From assembly GCA_951406725.2 (NCBI GenBank), contig OX597825.1, positions 48,608,001 through 48,672,000 on the forward strand: a DNA stretch of 64,000 bases, in the 5' to 3' direction. The stretch comes from Octopus vulgaris. Its lineage: Eukaryota. The notes under the pieces were generated by a model. The model was not told the origin of the DNA and did not search any database. It saw nothing but the letters and a program-made list of their open reading frames with translations. This document shows positions 38,601 through 55,448 of this stretch, in pieces (the stretch's first letter is position 1; each line of letters starts with the position of its first letter). The translations under genes were made by a program, and so were the position numbers.

Positions 38601-39539
38601 ACTATACAATTCGAAACTGGAGTGAAGCAATCAGTAAAATACGGCTGTCTTTCAGTATTTATATTTTTAGCGATGCCTGTACATACCAAGTTCAATTCCT
38701 TCTACAGTCGATTGTGCTTTCATTTCTTTGGTTTGCGTAAAATAAGGACAACTCATATGTAAGATACATCTAATGGAATATTTTCTCTTTTTTCACCAAG
38801 AATGTGTTAATATTAAAAGAAGAACAGAAATCACTCTACTTGTCTCACAAGAGAAGAGTGCGATGACTGGATAAATTTCATTTCTGTCTTAAAACTAGAA
38901 ATCCTGTTACAGAATAATTTACATGAAGCATTCTCAAAATACTGAAGAAAAGAAAAGAAAAATAAATATGCAAAACAGTGGTTCAGTCCTAACAGTGGTG
39001 TGTTTTTATGATGTAAACTGTCATTAGGTATTATGTATGATGGACCACTCCACTTTAGTTCGTAGATTGCATCAGTCTGAAGAATTTATTTGAAATCAGT
39101 GAGATTTAGAGCTACATGACATGTTTACTACTGCTGTTCAATGAGTGTTCTAACGTGAATAATTTTATCACCGTTTCCAATAGTAAAATGAAATCGTAGT
39201 GAAGTTTTCATATTTATTCCTGAAACAAGATATTTAAATTCTAAACTGTTTTGTCTACTGTACGACTACATAACGTGATGGATCATCTTATATTATTTCT
39301 GACAGCACTGCAGATATATGGTAAATATGGAGTTTAAATGCTGCGAGAGACTTTGCAGGAACAGAAGTGGCTTTAGAAAGACTCAATGGCAGCTGATAAC
39401 ATGAGATAAGTATTAATTGATTTAGAAACAAGACTGCAGAAATGTTCATATTGAAATATTTTACATATAATGTAATCAGAACAAACGAATGAAGAAATAA
39501 TAATGTTGATAATGATGACGATGTTAATAATAATAATCC

Positions 39540-39870
39540 TTTCTACAAGGCGTGAAATTTGGGAGAGGCGGATGGTCGATCACATCGTCTGCGAAAGGAT
39601 GAAAGGTAAAGTCGACCTCGGCGGAATTTGAACTCAGAATGTAGAGTAATGACAATAATAATGATTTCAAATGTAAGCACAAGTCCATTAATTTCGGGGG
39701 ATGGGGTAAGTCGATTACATCGATCCCACTACTCAACTGGTACTTACTTTATCGCCCTCGAAGCAACAAAAGGCAAAGACGACACCAGAAGAATTTGAAC
39801 TCAGAACATAAAGACAGACAAAATGCTGCTAAGCACTGTGACCGTGTGCTAAAGATTCAGGCAGCTCACG
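39540..39870 (-). mobile_element. Two Meta-domain SINE pieces
   Basis: aaggatgaaaggtaaagtcgacctcggcggaatttgaactcagaa; aactggtacttactttatcg. Confidence 0.75.
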
Positions 39871-39899
39871 ATGCAGCCACACATACAACAGATAATTGA

Positions 39900-41492
39900 A
39901 ATAATAAAAAATAATATTGAGTGAACAATACATGATCAATAAGCAAGTGCCAGCGTAGACATTTCTCCAAATTATGAAGGACTAGACAGCTACATGAAAG
40001 AATAAATAAATATAACAGAACCTTTCAGGAACATATACTCAGGATATCAGATCAATTGGATATCGACAGACAGAATGATTTGATATACGATGTAATTGTA
40101 AAAATATCAAAAGAAACTAGGCTTGACCCAAACAAAGAACAACCTTTAGATACCTTCAAAACCTCAAGGTGAAACTATAATATAGTATACAGAATTAGAA
40201 TCGACAAACAAAGAAAAGACTTATGCTTCTTATGCGAGTTACAAAAAGAAGAGCGCAGCAAGAGAAAGTCTCAATAACAACTAGAAAAGCACTCGGAGAG
40301 CGCAGACCTCCACCAAGCTCAATTTAAGATAGATACGCGAGTAAAATTACTAATAGAGAAACGAAAATAAACTTTGGAAACAACAACGCCACCATAGGGA
40401 GATTATCAAGGAAGATAATCAAAGACTGTAACATTGTAATTCCTCATGTAGAGTAAATATAAACAAATGAAAAATCCTTCAAGAATCCATAAAAATTCCT
40501 GAATCACTACCAAAATTTCATCATCTGTTCATTGTGTCATTACCAACCTTTCTTGCAAGTTTCATTAAATACCGTTGACAACTTTTTGAGTTATTTTGCA
40601 CACGGACAAACCAACGCCGTTGAAAACATAACGTCCTTCCTTGGCGGAGGTAACAATATGTATATAAATATATAGCATAAATGTAAAAGGAAACACTTGA
40701 GAAGCAAAAAAAAAAAGCTAAAGCAGAACACGGTGGCAAAATCATGCTGCATTAAACACTATCGAAACACAAACGATTCTTCCATGAAAATAAGGAATTT
40801 GAGGGGAATACTAAATACAAGAATATCAGCAAAAATAATGAATCAATAAGGAGACACACTAAGAACATCAGAAATGCTGACATATTGTGAGGGAATGTGG
40901 AGCGGAAATGGACAACCAAAGCAAAAATGAAAATATATAGAGAGAAATCACCAATAAGGAGTTCACCGAGACACTGAGAACTACCAGTAATGGGAAAACA
41001 CTTGGAATAGATATAGTTCCCAAACTTCTAGCTAAAATACCTCACTAAAACCCATGTATACATTGCATCTGCCTTTAATAAAATGCCAAGCAGACCAGAA
41101 TCGATATCTGACTGGATGATGGAGAGGAAACCACCTCAATCACTAAAAACAAAAATATACATCCACAAAATTTCAGGCCTATAACAACAATATACAAAAC
41201 CCTCTTATCAATTACATTGCCGGAACTGGATATAGCATAATTAGATTACATGGTACTGCACAGTTGGATAAGTAAAACAATGAGCATGTTTGGAGTGGTA
41301 AAAATACGGAGAAAATGGTCAATGAAAGTATCAATTGATTGAAGGAAAATAAAGACTTAGGAAGGTGAATATCAGATGAGGTATATTTCAAGGTGATAGC
41401 TTATCTCTATTACTATTTTTATTGGTCATAACCCCGCTCAGTTTGATATTACGATAAATCAACTCCTTTTAATGGATGATATAATGCTTTTT
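39900..41492 (+). mobile_element. Decayed R4/Dong-like RT region
   Basis: GID.VPNF, DWMM, PQNFRPIT, GIFQGDSLSLLLF, MDDIMLF. Confidence 0.75.
40277..40656. mobile_element. Non-autonomous Helentron/HINE-like element inserted in the LINE
   Basis: Subterminal inverted repeat acctccaccaag / cttggcggaggt; aactagaaaagcactcggagagcgc at the left end. Confidence 0.6.
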
Positions 41493-41499
41493 CGACTTA

Positions 41500-42420
41500 G
41501 ACCTTGCTTACTGTGTTCCCTGTGTTACTGTGTTCACCGGGGATCGTGCTGGGTTGACGGTTCGATCTGGTCTAACACATGCCACATGTTTATGGCAGAT
41601 GAGGTGGTACCACGCGGAGATAGGGACTGACTGGGCCTCTACCGGACGGGTCACTCGGGAGGACCCAGGAATATACCGAGTAATGATGAATGCAGCAACA
41701 CGCTCAAACGGTGCATACCTCAACACTTGACCTGATGGCCTGAAGTCATTAAAATCAATCCTCTTGTTTGGATTCTTTCTCAGTAGCTCTACCACCCCTC
41801 TTTTTGCAAGGCCAGGAATTTCCCGTTTCTGCTGTGAGTTGCAGTTGACGTCTGTCAAGAAGAGCCTGAATAAGTCCAGAGTATGACCTTAGGGAAGACC
41901 ATCCAGCACTGGCAACTTCTCCATCATTCAGGTCATCATCGCTTAACGTAATCTATCAACTGTTATCGGCTTTTCGCAGAACTCCGCATCTCCGGTGTTG
42001 AGTATTGGCTGGCGTTTAGGTACGCGGTAAAGTCCACCCACAACTTTGGTCCACCGACCCAAACAGTCGAGCGAAGTTCGACTGATAAGTTACATACATC
42101 TACATAGAAATAAGTAACACGCGCACCTTTCAATCCTCCAAACACCAAATTGTGAATCTGTTGCCGCCTTGTACTTATACAAATCCATCAGTCGGCTTTC
42201 CTTCTCTCATGCTTTAGAGCACGACCTCCGGCTCTGAATATGCAGCCTTCATGCTTAGCGTTGAAGAATCGGTCAAGAGCCTATCTTGCCGGCAGTATGT
42301 CAATCGCAATACCCTTTCTATGCACCACTTCTAGGTTACTAACTAGCTCTCTTTGCCTATCCTAGGATACTCTGTGACTATTTTCAAACTAAGTCTAATC
42401 GATTCACATCTAATAATCCA
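41500..42420 (-). mobile_element. L1/Tx1-like RT fragment
   Basis: DAEFCEKPIT, LDGLP, RGVVELLRKNPNK...DFRP. Confidence 0.6.
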
Positions 42421-43439
42421 TTTCAGAGTTAACCACTATCGGTTGTTGCTAAGGTCATGTGTCGGAAATCTCGATCTCGTAGATGGCTATCACATGCAAA
42501 CCTAAGCGACACCTGGTTGTTCCCAGAGTAATCCCACGCCAAATGCATTTATGATATCTAGCTATCTACTCTTAAGGCCATCGCATTGGTTGGAAAGAAG
42601 GAAGAAGAAACGAAGTCATTTGCCTTAACGATTTTCTTGTAGGTAATAGGAATTTTTCTCTCTATGAGATTTTTGGGAATAGCTTAAGAAGCCTATTTGA
42701 GGCCGTGACACTTGGGTCCTCTATTTTTCTCATTTCCTTTTAACTCTTTCTTTAACTCGTTTCAAGTCCCAATGGACTTAAATTCTGTTTTTATGAAGGT
42801 TTCCTGCCTGTTTCTATGGCTAACTTGGTTCATTGACATATATCCATGTTATTGTTATTGTTTTTGTTGTTGTTGATGTGAGTGTTGTTGGTGTTGTTGA
42901 TATGGCTGAGATGGCAAATTGTCAGGATCTCTATTGGCAACGAGGATGGGGTATATTTGTGCCTATTTTAGGATAATGACTTCCGTCGCTTTCGGACTTG
43001 CAATATCCAGTGTATGCTCGTTACTGTTCCTTTTCTTTTAAACCTTGTGTGAAGAAATCTCATGAGTTTTATTTCCACATATTTGGCATCGCGTTCGTCT
43101 ACCTTGGATGCTGAGATTTAAAGTCTTCCTCTCAGTATCCTCTCCAGGACACCTAATGGGTAATGAGGACTTGTATGTTCAAGTTGACCCCCACGTGACT
43201 ACGTAGTGCCAAAAGTTAGACGAGCGCTGACCATCTGCCCATATTGTGCTACGAAAGTTAAGATAAGCGAGGGGTCGACGTCATCATTGGTATTTCTAAT
43301 AGTCACCTATGTGCTTTTCCTCCAAATATTTTCGGACAAATTGGTAGTCAGATTTGTTTCAGGTAAACTGAGCTTACACTTAAGCTTCGTCCTTTGTTGA
43401 AGTGTGAATTGTTGGTGTTATAGTGTTGGTATCGGTTAT

Positions 43440-44340
43440 ATAAAAGAATAGATTGTGTTATTTTATTGGGTTTTAATATTCCAGAGCAGGTTTTCGACAC
43501 AGTCTTTAATTATTATATCTGGACCAATTGCCATGCTCTCCTTAACAGTTTGAACAGGTTGTTCTAGGCCCGTGTTAATTACCTTATTTGGTAAATATTT
43601 ATACCACTTCATTTCTGTTTTCAGGTCGGCGTGTTTGAATATTGCCAAGTGAATATAGTTACTGACTTGGCTGTATCTGTGAATATACTCTGACTTATCA
43701 AGGACTTCGCAGCCGTACAGGATATAGTTAAGAATATCATCATACTGGTTGCAAAGTTTGCACTTGATACTAGCATGTTTTTTCCTGAAGATACGCAATA
43801 ATCACGAGCAGCAAGAATAAAAGCTCTTTTTGCTTTAAGCTCAAACGTTTTTGAACCATATCCAAGCACCATCTTGGTTTGCTTTCTAGCGGTTAAGCTT
43901 TGTGAGATAATGGTTATAAGTTTTCTTTCATTTTTCTTGTATACTTTAGAATTCCGCTTTTTGCTTTTACTTTTCTTTTTAAACTTTGGTGTTGCTTTGT
44001 CGTTATCGACATCCTTTACTTCACTGTAGTTACTTTCCAGTTCGTAACTTATAGAAAAAGTTTTTGATTTCTTCTATCTTCCTTGTAATATTAATCAGTT
44101 TCCTTTTGCTTCCTTCTAAGTATTTTCCTTTGCTACTGTTATGTTGTAGTAGTTTTCAATTTATATGAAACTCATTCTATTTGTATGCGGGACGGTATAT
44201 CTTATCCCAATGTCATCGTTGAAGATCGAAATGCTGTAGTTTTCCGGTTTTCTCTTTCAGTTATTCAATTCGCTTAAATTCTAGTTTACAACAGCTAATA
44301 AGTAAAATGGTTAAAATAGTTATACCTACTATTTTACTTC
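43440..44340 (-). mobile_element. Decayed R4/Dong-like RLE fragment
   Basis: AFILAARD, KCKLC..GCEVLDKSEYIHR..KWYKY.P..GPDII. Confidence 0.75.
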
Positions 44341-44510
44341 TAATACTGGCTTTAATTATTATTAATGTTACACTTCAGCAGAATTTGAACGTTCTGAGTT
44401 GATTCCGCCTTTCAACCTCTCGGGTTGGATAACTACCAATTGAACACTGGGGTCAATGCAATTGGCTCCCTTCTCCTCGAAATTGCTGGTCTTGTGTCAA
44501 AATTAGTAAC

Positions 44511-47157
<2,647 letters not shown>

Positions 47158-48142
47158 TTTTTCTTCTTTCAAATTTGCTTCCATTTCTTGCCGAGTGTCT
47201 TCCCGACTCCTAGGGCAAAGAAACTCATAGTATACATTGGTAGGCCATTAAACCAAACTCAATAGTTCGTTCATTTTTTTTTTTTTAAAGTTAAATTAAA
47301 ATACATGAGCAGCAACAGTTCTCACATCGACAATGCTCTTCTCAATACGTGTGATTTACCAGTTAAGACAATCTTTTGCACTTCTTGCAGGGATGGTAAG
47401 CCAGGGATCATTCTCATATAATTTTCGGTTCCCTTCTTGATCATTCCTAGTGCTCCTACGATCACTGGTATTGTAACCGCCTTGAGATGCCACATTTTCT
47501 CAATTTCAATGAGTAGGTCTTTATATTTTCTGAGCTTGTCAAACTCTTTCGCTGAGATATTATGATCACAGGGGATGCTCATGTCGATCAATAAGCAAAC
47601 TTTATTGTTTTGGTCTTTCACAACAATATCTGGTTTATTGGCCTTGATGGTTCGGTCTGTATGTACTGGAAAGTCCCACAGAATGGTTACATTTTCTCCT
47701 TCAGTTACAGCCTCAGGGTGGTGATTATACCACTTGTCGGCAGTTTTGATATTGTAATGCCGACTTATTAGCCAGTGTAGATATTGGCCAACTCTGTCAT
47801 GTCTTAATTTATACACCACTGGTGCTAAGACTTTACATCCAGAGATTAGATGGTCCACTGTTTCAATCATGTCGTTGCAGAATCGGCATTTTTGGTCTGC
47901 TCTATTTTTCATCACATTGGCCTGGTAGTTCCGGGTTAATAGGCTTTGATCTTGAGCAGCCAGGATGAAACCTTCGCTCTCTGCTTTTAGCCCTGAGCTC
48001 CGTAGCCACTGATGGGTTTGCTTCTGGTCAACATCAGCTTGTTTGCTGCGGGTCACATATTTGCCGTGCAGAGGTTTCTCCTCCCACCTATCAGCCGATT
48101 GCTCGTGCGCTTTTTTCGTTGCCATCATTTTCACCTTCTTTG
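47158..48142 (-). mobile_element. Dong/R4-like RLE 3' fragment with an uninterrupted 270-aa ORF (47322-48134)
   Basis: KPLHGKY, AAQDQ, CRFC..HLISGC, RHD, KPDIVV..LIDMSIP..K..KYKDL, IPVIVGALG. Confidence 0.95.
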
Positions 48143-48145
48143 CAT

Positions 48146-48180
<35 letters not shown>

Positions 48181-48317
48181 CATTATTATTAGTATTATTA
48201 GTATTATTATTATTATTAATATTATTAATATTATTGTTATTGTTATTGTTATTATTGTTATTGTAATTGTTATTGTTGTTGTTGTTATTATTGTTATTGT
48301 TATTGTTATTGTTGTTG

Positions 48318-48366
<49 letters not shown>

Positions 48367-48379
48367 ATACATACATACC

Positions 48380-48728
48380 AGAACTTAGACTGTTGGAAAA
48401 GAGAAAAAATCATAACATCGGGATACAACAAGTAACCTTTAGATGTCAAGAACCCTCCAATGTATCCTAGCTGTTCCTAATAACAGCTTTCTGCAGCGGT
48501 ACTCAACTTGGTTTTATGCTTATTTCCTCTATCCATTTGTTCAGATCTTTAGGATAGTTCCCAATGCACCTATAACTACTAAGATACATTTGATCCGCAC
48601 TTTCCAAAGTCTCTGTAATTCAATAGCTAGGTCCTGGTACTTTGTTATTTTTTCTATACCTCTCAAATAGATTTTTCATTATTTGGAACTGTAAAGTCAA
48701 TTATTTGGCACTTTCTATTTTCTTTCTG

Positions 48729-48792
<64 letters not shown>

Positions 48793-49645
48793 AAATCAGA
48801 CCTAGCTTATATTCGTCTGTCAGTCTGAATGTTAAAGTGAAACATCTTGCATTCTTAACTTTCTAGTAATTTACTAGGTTCATATTCATAGCATTTATTA
48901 GTATGTCCAAATCCTGGTTTTCTATTTAACTCCAAGTGGATTACTCTCCGTAGATTGTCATGTCCTTTCTTGTATTCTTTCTGCGCCAGCATGCTACAGT
49001 CACTTACTATATGGGTACGCTTTCCTCTTTTGATTTGCATAGCCTACACTGGGAATCTATTTGTTTTTGTCTATCATGGCTTTTATCCAATTAATGCTTA
49101 CTGCTCGATCTTGTGCAGTTACTAATAAACTATCTGTATCCCTTTTCAGCTGTCCTTTCTACAACAGTAGCCATGTCTCACTATTTGCTGCAGATGTCTT
49201 TGGGAATCTACCATGCAGCGCCTTCTCCTGCCAGTCAAATAATTTCTGCTTTTTTACTGGTTTCTAAGTTCGTTTAGAGTTTTTGGTTTCCCTATAACTT
49301 GCTGTGACTGTAGCAGCTTTTAATAAACGTTCTTCACTATTACCTACGTAGGAATATGTATCTACTTTAGCTAACTCCACGCAGTCATTCACTGATAATT
49401 AACCCTCTTCCACTTTCCTTTCTAGATAAGTATAATCTTGCTACTCCTGCCCTTAGGTGGAGTCTTCCATTTATATTGTAATTCTTCCTATATCTTCTGT
49501 CTAGCTTTGCTAAATCAGTTTTTGTCGAATCTACAAAATCTCCTGCGTATCTAAGTAATGATAGTGCCGAAGTATTTACAGCCTTCACTAGATTCGGATC
49601 ATTTAGCTTCGACGTCATTAGGTTCCTCAGCCTTCTGATGTATGG
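48380..49645 (-). mobile_element. Decayed Dong/R4-like RLE fragment
   Basis: LAKLDRR..ARLYLSRKESGRGLI; HIVSDCSMLAQKEYKKGHDN; VIGALG. Confidence 0.8.
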
Positions 49646-49685
49646 TTATTATTATCATTATTATTATTATTATTATTATCATTAT

Positions 49686-49940
49686 TCAGTAGTTTTATTT
49701 TTATAGCGTGCTTTCACTTCACTACCGAGCGCAGCTCTGTGTGCCTTGGGTATGTGCTGTGCTTTGTTGTGATGCTCTGATGGTTATTGTATGGAAAGTG
49801 TTCTGCGTAGGATGTGTGCAGTGCCTAGTAGTGCAATTTTCTGTATGTTATATGTGTTTACATTCTAGTTATCTCTATTTCCAGGTCTTTGTATTTTGAG
49901 AGTTTCTCCATTTCTTTTAGGGACACGTTGTCATCTGCCG

Positions 49941-49942
<2 letters not shown>
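49686..49942 (-). mobile_element. Short 3' fragment of the 45132 family with an internal deletion
   Basis: Near-identical to ~45132-45312 joined to ~45409-45492. Confidence 0.88.
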
Positions 49943-50001
<59 letters not shown>

Positions 50002-50019
50002 CATCATTATTATTATATT

Positions 50020-50094
<75 letters not shown>

Positions 50095-50095
50095 C

Positions 50096-50149
<54 letters not shown>

Positions 50150-50189
50150 GCTGCTGCTGCTACTACTGCTGCTACTGCTGCTGCTGCTG

Positions 50190-50252
<63 letters not shown>

Positions 50253-50299
50253 TGTGAAAACTCACAGCTTGTTTTACTAGGTATAATGGAAAGTGCCAG

Positions 50300-50857
50300 C
50301 AGTCCACAGCCAGCAGGCTAAGGTGTTGTTTACTGGTTTACTGGTTATGCTTTAAGAACCCTGCGAAGAATTCTTGCAGTTCCATGCAATGCTGATTTTT
50401 GTAGTTGTTCTACCTTCACATTTGCAAGCCTTGTTGGAAGTTAAGTGCTGATACTTCCAAGTGCACTAATCACTATTGGTATCACGTCTACTCTCCTCAT
50501 TGGTCACGACCTTCGTATTTCTCAACTTCAAATCGTCTTTATTTTTACTTCTTTCACATTGATCCTGTTGTCACCGGGCCATGCTATGTCGATTATCACA
50601 CATGTTCTTTCATTTTTATTCGCCACAACAATGACCGGTTTCCGATGTCTGGTCGGTTGATCGCACAGGATCATTGCATCCTACAGGATTTTCGATTCTC
50701 ATTTTCGGTGACTGCTTCTGAAGCTTTTTCACACCACGTCATTGCTCTTTGTAGGCCATGGTTCCCACAGAGCTCCCAAAGAATCATTCTTGCCACATTG
50801 TCCTGGGATTTTGTATTCGCGTTGCGCCAATTTCGGGCATTCGCTAACGATATGCCA

Positions 50858-50858
<1 letters not shown>
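50300..50858 (-). mobile_element. Dong/R4-like RLE 3' fragment
   Basis: HIVSECPKLAQREYK, DNVARMILWELC, VIIDIAWPGDNRI, VIPIVISALG. Confidence 0.78.
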
Positions 50859-50944
<86 letters not shown>

Positions 50945-51109
50945 TATGCACACAAGAGATTAGACTGTTGGAAAAGAAACATTCCTAACATCGGTCTACA
51001 AGTAACCTTAGATAATGGAGGGCTCTTGGCATTTATTATTATTGCAATAATAATAATAATAATAATTATTATTATTATCATTATTATTACTATTATTATT
51101 ATTATTATT

Positions 51110-51590
51110 ACCCCCGCCTTATACGAAGCCCAATATATACATCATGACTACCCGTCTTCGAAGGGTACTCCAGGTACATGCATCACGATCATAATGATTT
51201 CATATCAAGATAAACTGCACATGACCTTGCAGGTGGGGTTCAGTTATAAGTTTCTTCGAGTCAAGTAGCCCCTCCTGCTCAAAAGGTCCCTGAATAAGGT
51301 TTGTTTAAAAATGTTGAACGAAATACTAATGTTTTCGGAAGTGAATTATTCAGACGCCAAATAATTCCTCCAAATACATGGTTATGATGCTCCCTCACTA
51401 CTCCTGCTCGTGTTCAGAGATGCTCATATTGTCAGCCATCAGGAACATGCTTAAAAATGGTGAAGGTCAAGCAAGTGTTTAGCAAATCTGTGATACTCAG
51501 CAGAACATTTGCAGTAGCCAATCTTTTGTACCAAGACAAAACAGGTACATGATAACGCTTCCAATCAGTTAAGATCAGAAGCCATGAGAT
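51110..51590 (-). mobile_element. Second copy of the non-coding (TAA)n-associated repeat
   Basis: Aligns with ~44600-45030 (tacgaagccca, accttgcag, cctgaataagg, gtgaattat, agcaaatctgtg). Confidence 0.7.
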
Positions 51591-52984
51591 TCCTTGTAAC
51601 TTACAAGAAGCATTACTTCTTTAACGCATCTATGTACAACTAGACGGATCTGATCACTAATTGCAACAGCAACAGTCTTTACTCGTACACGTCCTCATAA
51701 TTTATTTTATATTCGACGCTAATCTTTAGAATGCGTTGAATATGTTTTATGTTCTGAGATTGATTAGCAACGTGAAGTAGCCATACCGACATTTCTGCCA
51801 AAATAACTTCGTTAGTTTTCTAAATTGGACGATTCTGTTGCATACTCTGGCAAAACATTAACATTAGAGCTTAAACGTACGAATGATTTATATATTGTCT
51901 GTGAGATTGCCATTAGCTATGTAAAATGTGATTTGAGTTCGTGTTTGTGTTACCTTTAAGATATAATTCTATCGGTTTTATAGACGTGTTCAATATTATA
52001 AATATTATAAACTAACGAAACACGCAGGAATTATAAAATAAACGAACATGTTCGCTTCATATCAAAGGCCACATTACAGCCAAATTATGCACAAACGTCT
52101 TGGATAATGTAGCACTACTTAGACTGTATCTGATAAAATAGAGAAGGACAGGATTTGTTCGACCAAGAATGTCTTGGAACCAAGCAACAACACCGAGTGA
52201 CTGGAATACCCCGTTAGGCTTTCAGTTTTCTTTATGTGAACCACAAATCTATAAATTTCCCTTTGTTTTTTGTTCAGGTGTTTCAGTAATTTTTCATAGT
52301 ACAACAGGGTTTCAGTAGTGACGGAGGAACTAACAATAGTTTTGCCAAGAGTTACATGTTACATAATCAGTAACTCCTCCTCCTCCTCCCTTACAGTTTC
52401 TGTTAGAGTACTGTTACTTGTACTACAGTATATTTCCGGTTAACTTTATTAGCATTTTGTTTTGCTTTTCTGTCTGCGAAGGAAATTTCTATAAATTAAG
52501 AATTTATCGTATACAGTATTCAGTATATCATCCATCATTTTGTTATACATGTGTGTACGTTCTGAGTGTGCGTATGTGTATATATATATGTGTGTGTGGA
52601 TGTATGTTTGCGCGCGTGCGCGTGTGTATCTATATGTGTGTGTGTGTGTGTGTGTTATTGAATTTGTTACAGAATAACAGTAGCTGAGTGCACGCATTGA
52701 TAATGATGCAGACTGAACCAATAGGACTCTGACGAACCGACTGGTTAAATAAGCCAAAGATTGACAAAATTGATTATTTAACTAACAATTCAGTTAATCA
52801 CTTGACTGATAACAAGAAAAAAAGTGAAACACAACCATTGGTTGTGTTTTTATTGGAAAATTACCCTTCCATAGAATAATAGCTATTTAAACCGATGATT
52901 TGATGATTTTACTTCAAAAATTTCGCAAAGCTAAATATAGACACATGCAAAATCAGTATACATACATATATACACAGTATATAT

Positions 52985-53867
52985 CGGGAAAGTTTGAGTT
53001 TCCCAGCAACGGAATTTTGTCTCGTTTTATTTTTCCTTTTTCAGGTTATTTCGCATGCTCTCAACGAATGTGACATCGAAATCATGCGTAAATGTGACAT
53101 TGAAATCACTATTTCTTGTACGTCCTGCTACCACGTAACAGGTATTTTGGGTATTTTATCGCAAATAGCTGTTACCTAGTAGCAGGGCGTGTTAGAAATA
53201 GTAGCCAAATCTTTGAAGGTGAGATACGTAGAATGCACTCGAAAAAGTCCCATGGAAAAAAATTATTTGCCACCGAGGATACGAACGGGTCTCTTTACGA
53301 AATATTTACCGTATTTTTAAATCCATTTTCACTTTAAAATAGTTTTAAAATATGCAAAAAAAAAAACCCGAATAATTTTGTAAAGAAATTCACTTGAAAA
53401 TAATTTTAAAAACCATTAAAATATTGTCTGCTTAAAGAAAGCTAAAATATAAATACTTACTGTACAAACAACTTAAATTTTTGAAATCCCATATATTTAA
53501 AAATATTTCTAAAGGATTAAAATATTGCGTTTAACAAGACGAAACTAGAAATATTTACAATAAAAAACAAATCGTATTTTATCGTTGTCAAGTCACTGTG
53601 TCTAACCAAAAGGTAAGAGTTTCTTCCCTATCAGAGTTAAGTTATTTTCGGAGAATTTTCCCATTATGTACCGTTTTGGGTATTTATACTCCGAAACCCC
53701 CTAATATCTCAATGACCAGTTGTCCAGTTTACGCGAAGCTTGTTTTATTCCGTTCGTATTCACATTTCAGGGGAACTTAATTCATGGCATTTTCCCAATA
53801 TGCGCCAGTTTGGCTGGGTAACATTGCAAGCAAGCAAGATTCAAGCTCACTTTTAATGTATTATAGA
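52985..53867 (-). mobile_element. Non-autonomous Helitron-like element; 3' end appears truncated
   Basis: Minus strand A|TCTATAATACATTAAAAG 5' end; no complete hairpin/CTAG at the other end. Confidence 0.45.
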
Positions 53868-53879
53868 TATATAAATATA

Positions 53880-54106
53880 TTTTACTTGCTTCAGTCATTT
53901 GACTGCGACCAATCTGGGGTACCACCTTGAAGGGTTTCAGTCAAACAAATGGACCCCAGGACGTATTGTTTTAGGCCTGGTACTTATTCTATCGGTCTCT
54001 TTCGCTAAACATCTAATTTACAGGGACGTAAACACACCAACACCAGTTTTCAAGTGATCAAGGGGACAAACACAGGCACAAAGGCACACTCACACATGTA
54101 TGTGTG

Positions 54107-54179
<73 letters not shown>

Positions 54180-54192
54180 GTCTATCTGTCTG

Positions 54193-54225
<33 letters not shown>

Positions 54226-55117
54226 ATATATATAAATATATATATATATATAAACTAATATATGAATATATGTATGTATGTATGTATATATATCTATATA
54301 TATAAAACTCAACTTGTGTGTCTGTGTGTGTATATGTGTGTGTTTGTGTGTTTAACTTCCCGGCACATCTCCTCCTAGCCAACAAATCGTAGAACCACCA
54401 AAAATGGGTCACTTAAAGTTTAGGCGAATTAAAATTGAACTGCGCTATTTCTCTTCCGAAATTCATCTCGCAAGTGCAAAAATCGATAATGTGTTTGTTT
54501 AGGCCTTATCTCATGCATTGAATAGTGAACTTTACTCAGTCAGCTGTTTGACGTGAACTGTGTTCACCACGCGTGCAAGCATGCGTAAATTGCATGAAAA
54601 ATAAAAAATCAAGATATAAAAACGAATCGCCGTAAACATTGTAGAAATTCGGCAAAGAAATGAATTTTCGGGATGTAGCCTGGAGGGTTTTTTCGTATTA
54701 ATCGTTTGGACTTTGTGAACACATACCAATTGTTTTCATAACGTTTTTAACGCTTTGAATTAAATGTGACCATTTTGCGTTGAGTCCGCAGTTTGAATCA
54801 CTTTAACCAAATTTTAGCAGGCCGGATTTTTGATCATCACGATACATCGCCAGCGACTCCCATAAACTCTCCCCTGAAATCCCCGTTGAGAAATACTGAT
54901 CTAAAAGAATAATTCAACAATGCAATTATTTGATCATCAAAAATTTATGAAACGCTTCTACGTACTTCCTATTGAGGAAATGGAACACATAAGCGCAAAA
55001 ATAGAGGGCATTAAAAGCTTGATTTTAAAACCCAAATAATTGAATTTTGATTGAACTTCATCCAAGTTTAGCTTAATTCGCGCGTGCATAGAACGCACGA
55101 GCCGGGCAATACTGCTA

Positions 55118-55153
<36 letters not shown>

Positions 55154-55345
55154 CTATGTGTGTGTGTGTGTGTGTGTGTATACGATGGGCATCTTTCGGT
55201 TTTCGTCTACCAAATCCATTCACAAGGCTTGGACAGGCCCGAAGCTATACTAGAAAACACATGCCCAAAGTGCCATGCAGTGGGACTGAATCTGGTTCCA
55301 TGTGGTTGGGAAGCAAGGTTATTAGCACACAGCCACGCCTGTGTG
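53880..55345 (-). mobile_element. SINE (26599 family) split into 3' half (53880-54095) and 5' half (55180-55345)
   Basis: Both halves in the same orientation and order, separated by microsatellite plus a Helitron. Confidence 0.75.
54293..55118 (+). mobile_element. Non-autonomous Helitron (~826 bp)
   Basis: A|TCTATATATATAAAACTC at the start; gccgggcaatactgCTAG|T at the end. Confidence 0.7.
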
Positions 55346-55354
55346 CATTATACA

Positions 55355-55448
<94 letters not shown>

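Noticed and set aside
41508-41858. 116-aa ORF considered as a possible viral insert
   Set aside because: Better explained as a decayed Tx1/L1 RT segment
42980-43400. Possible Tx1 endonuclease remnant
   Set aside because: Similarity too weak to support a feature call
50405-51268. 287-aa plus-strand ORF
   Set aside because: Antisense of an RLE fragment read through microsatellites
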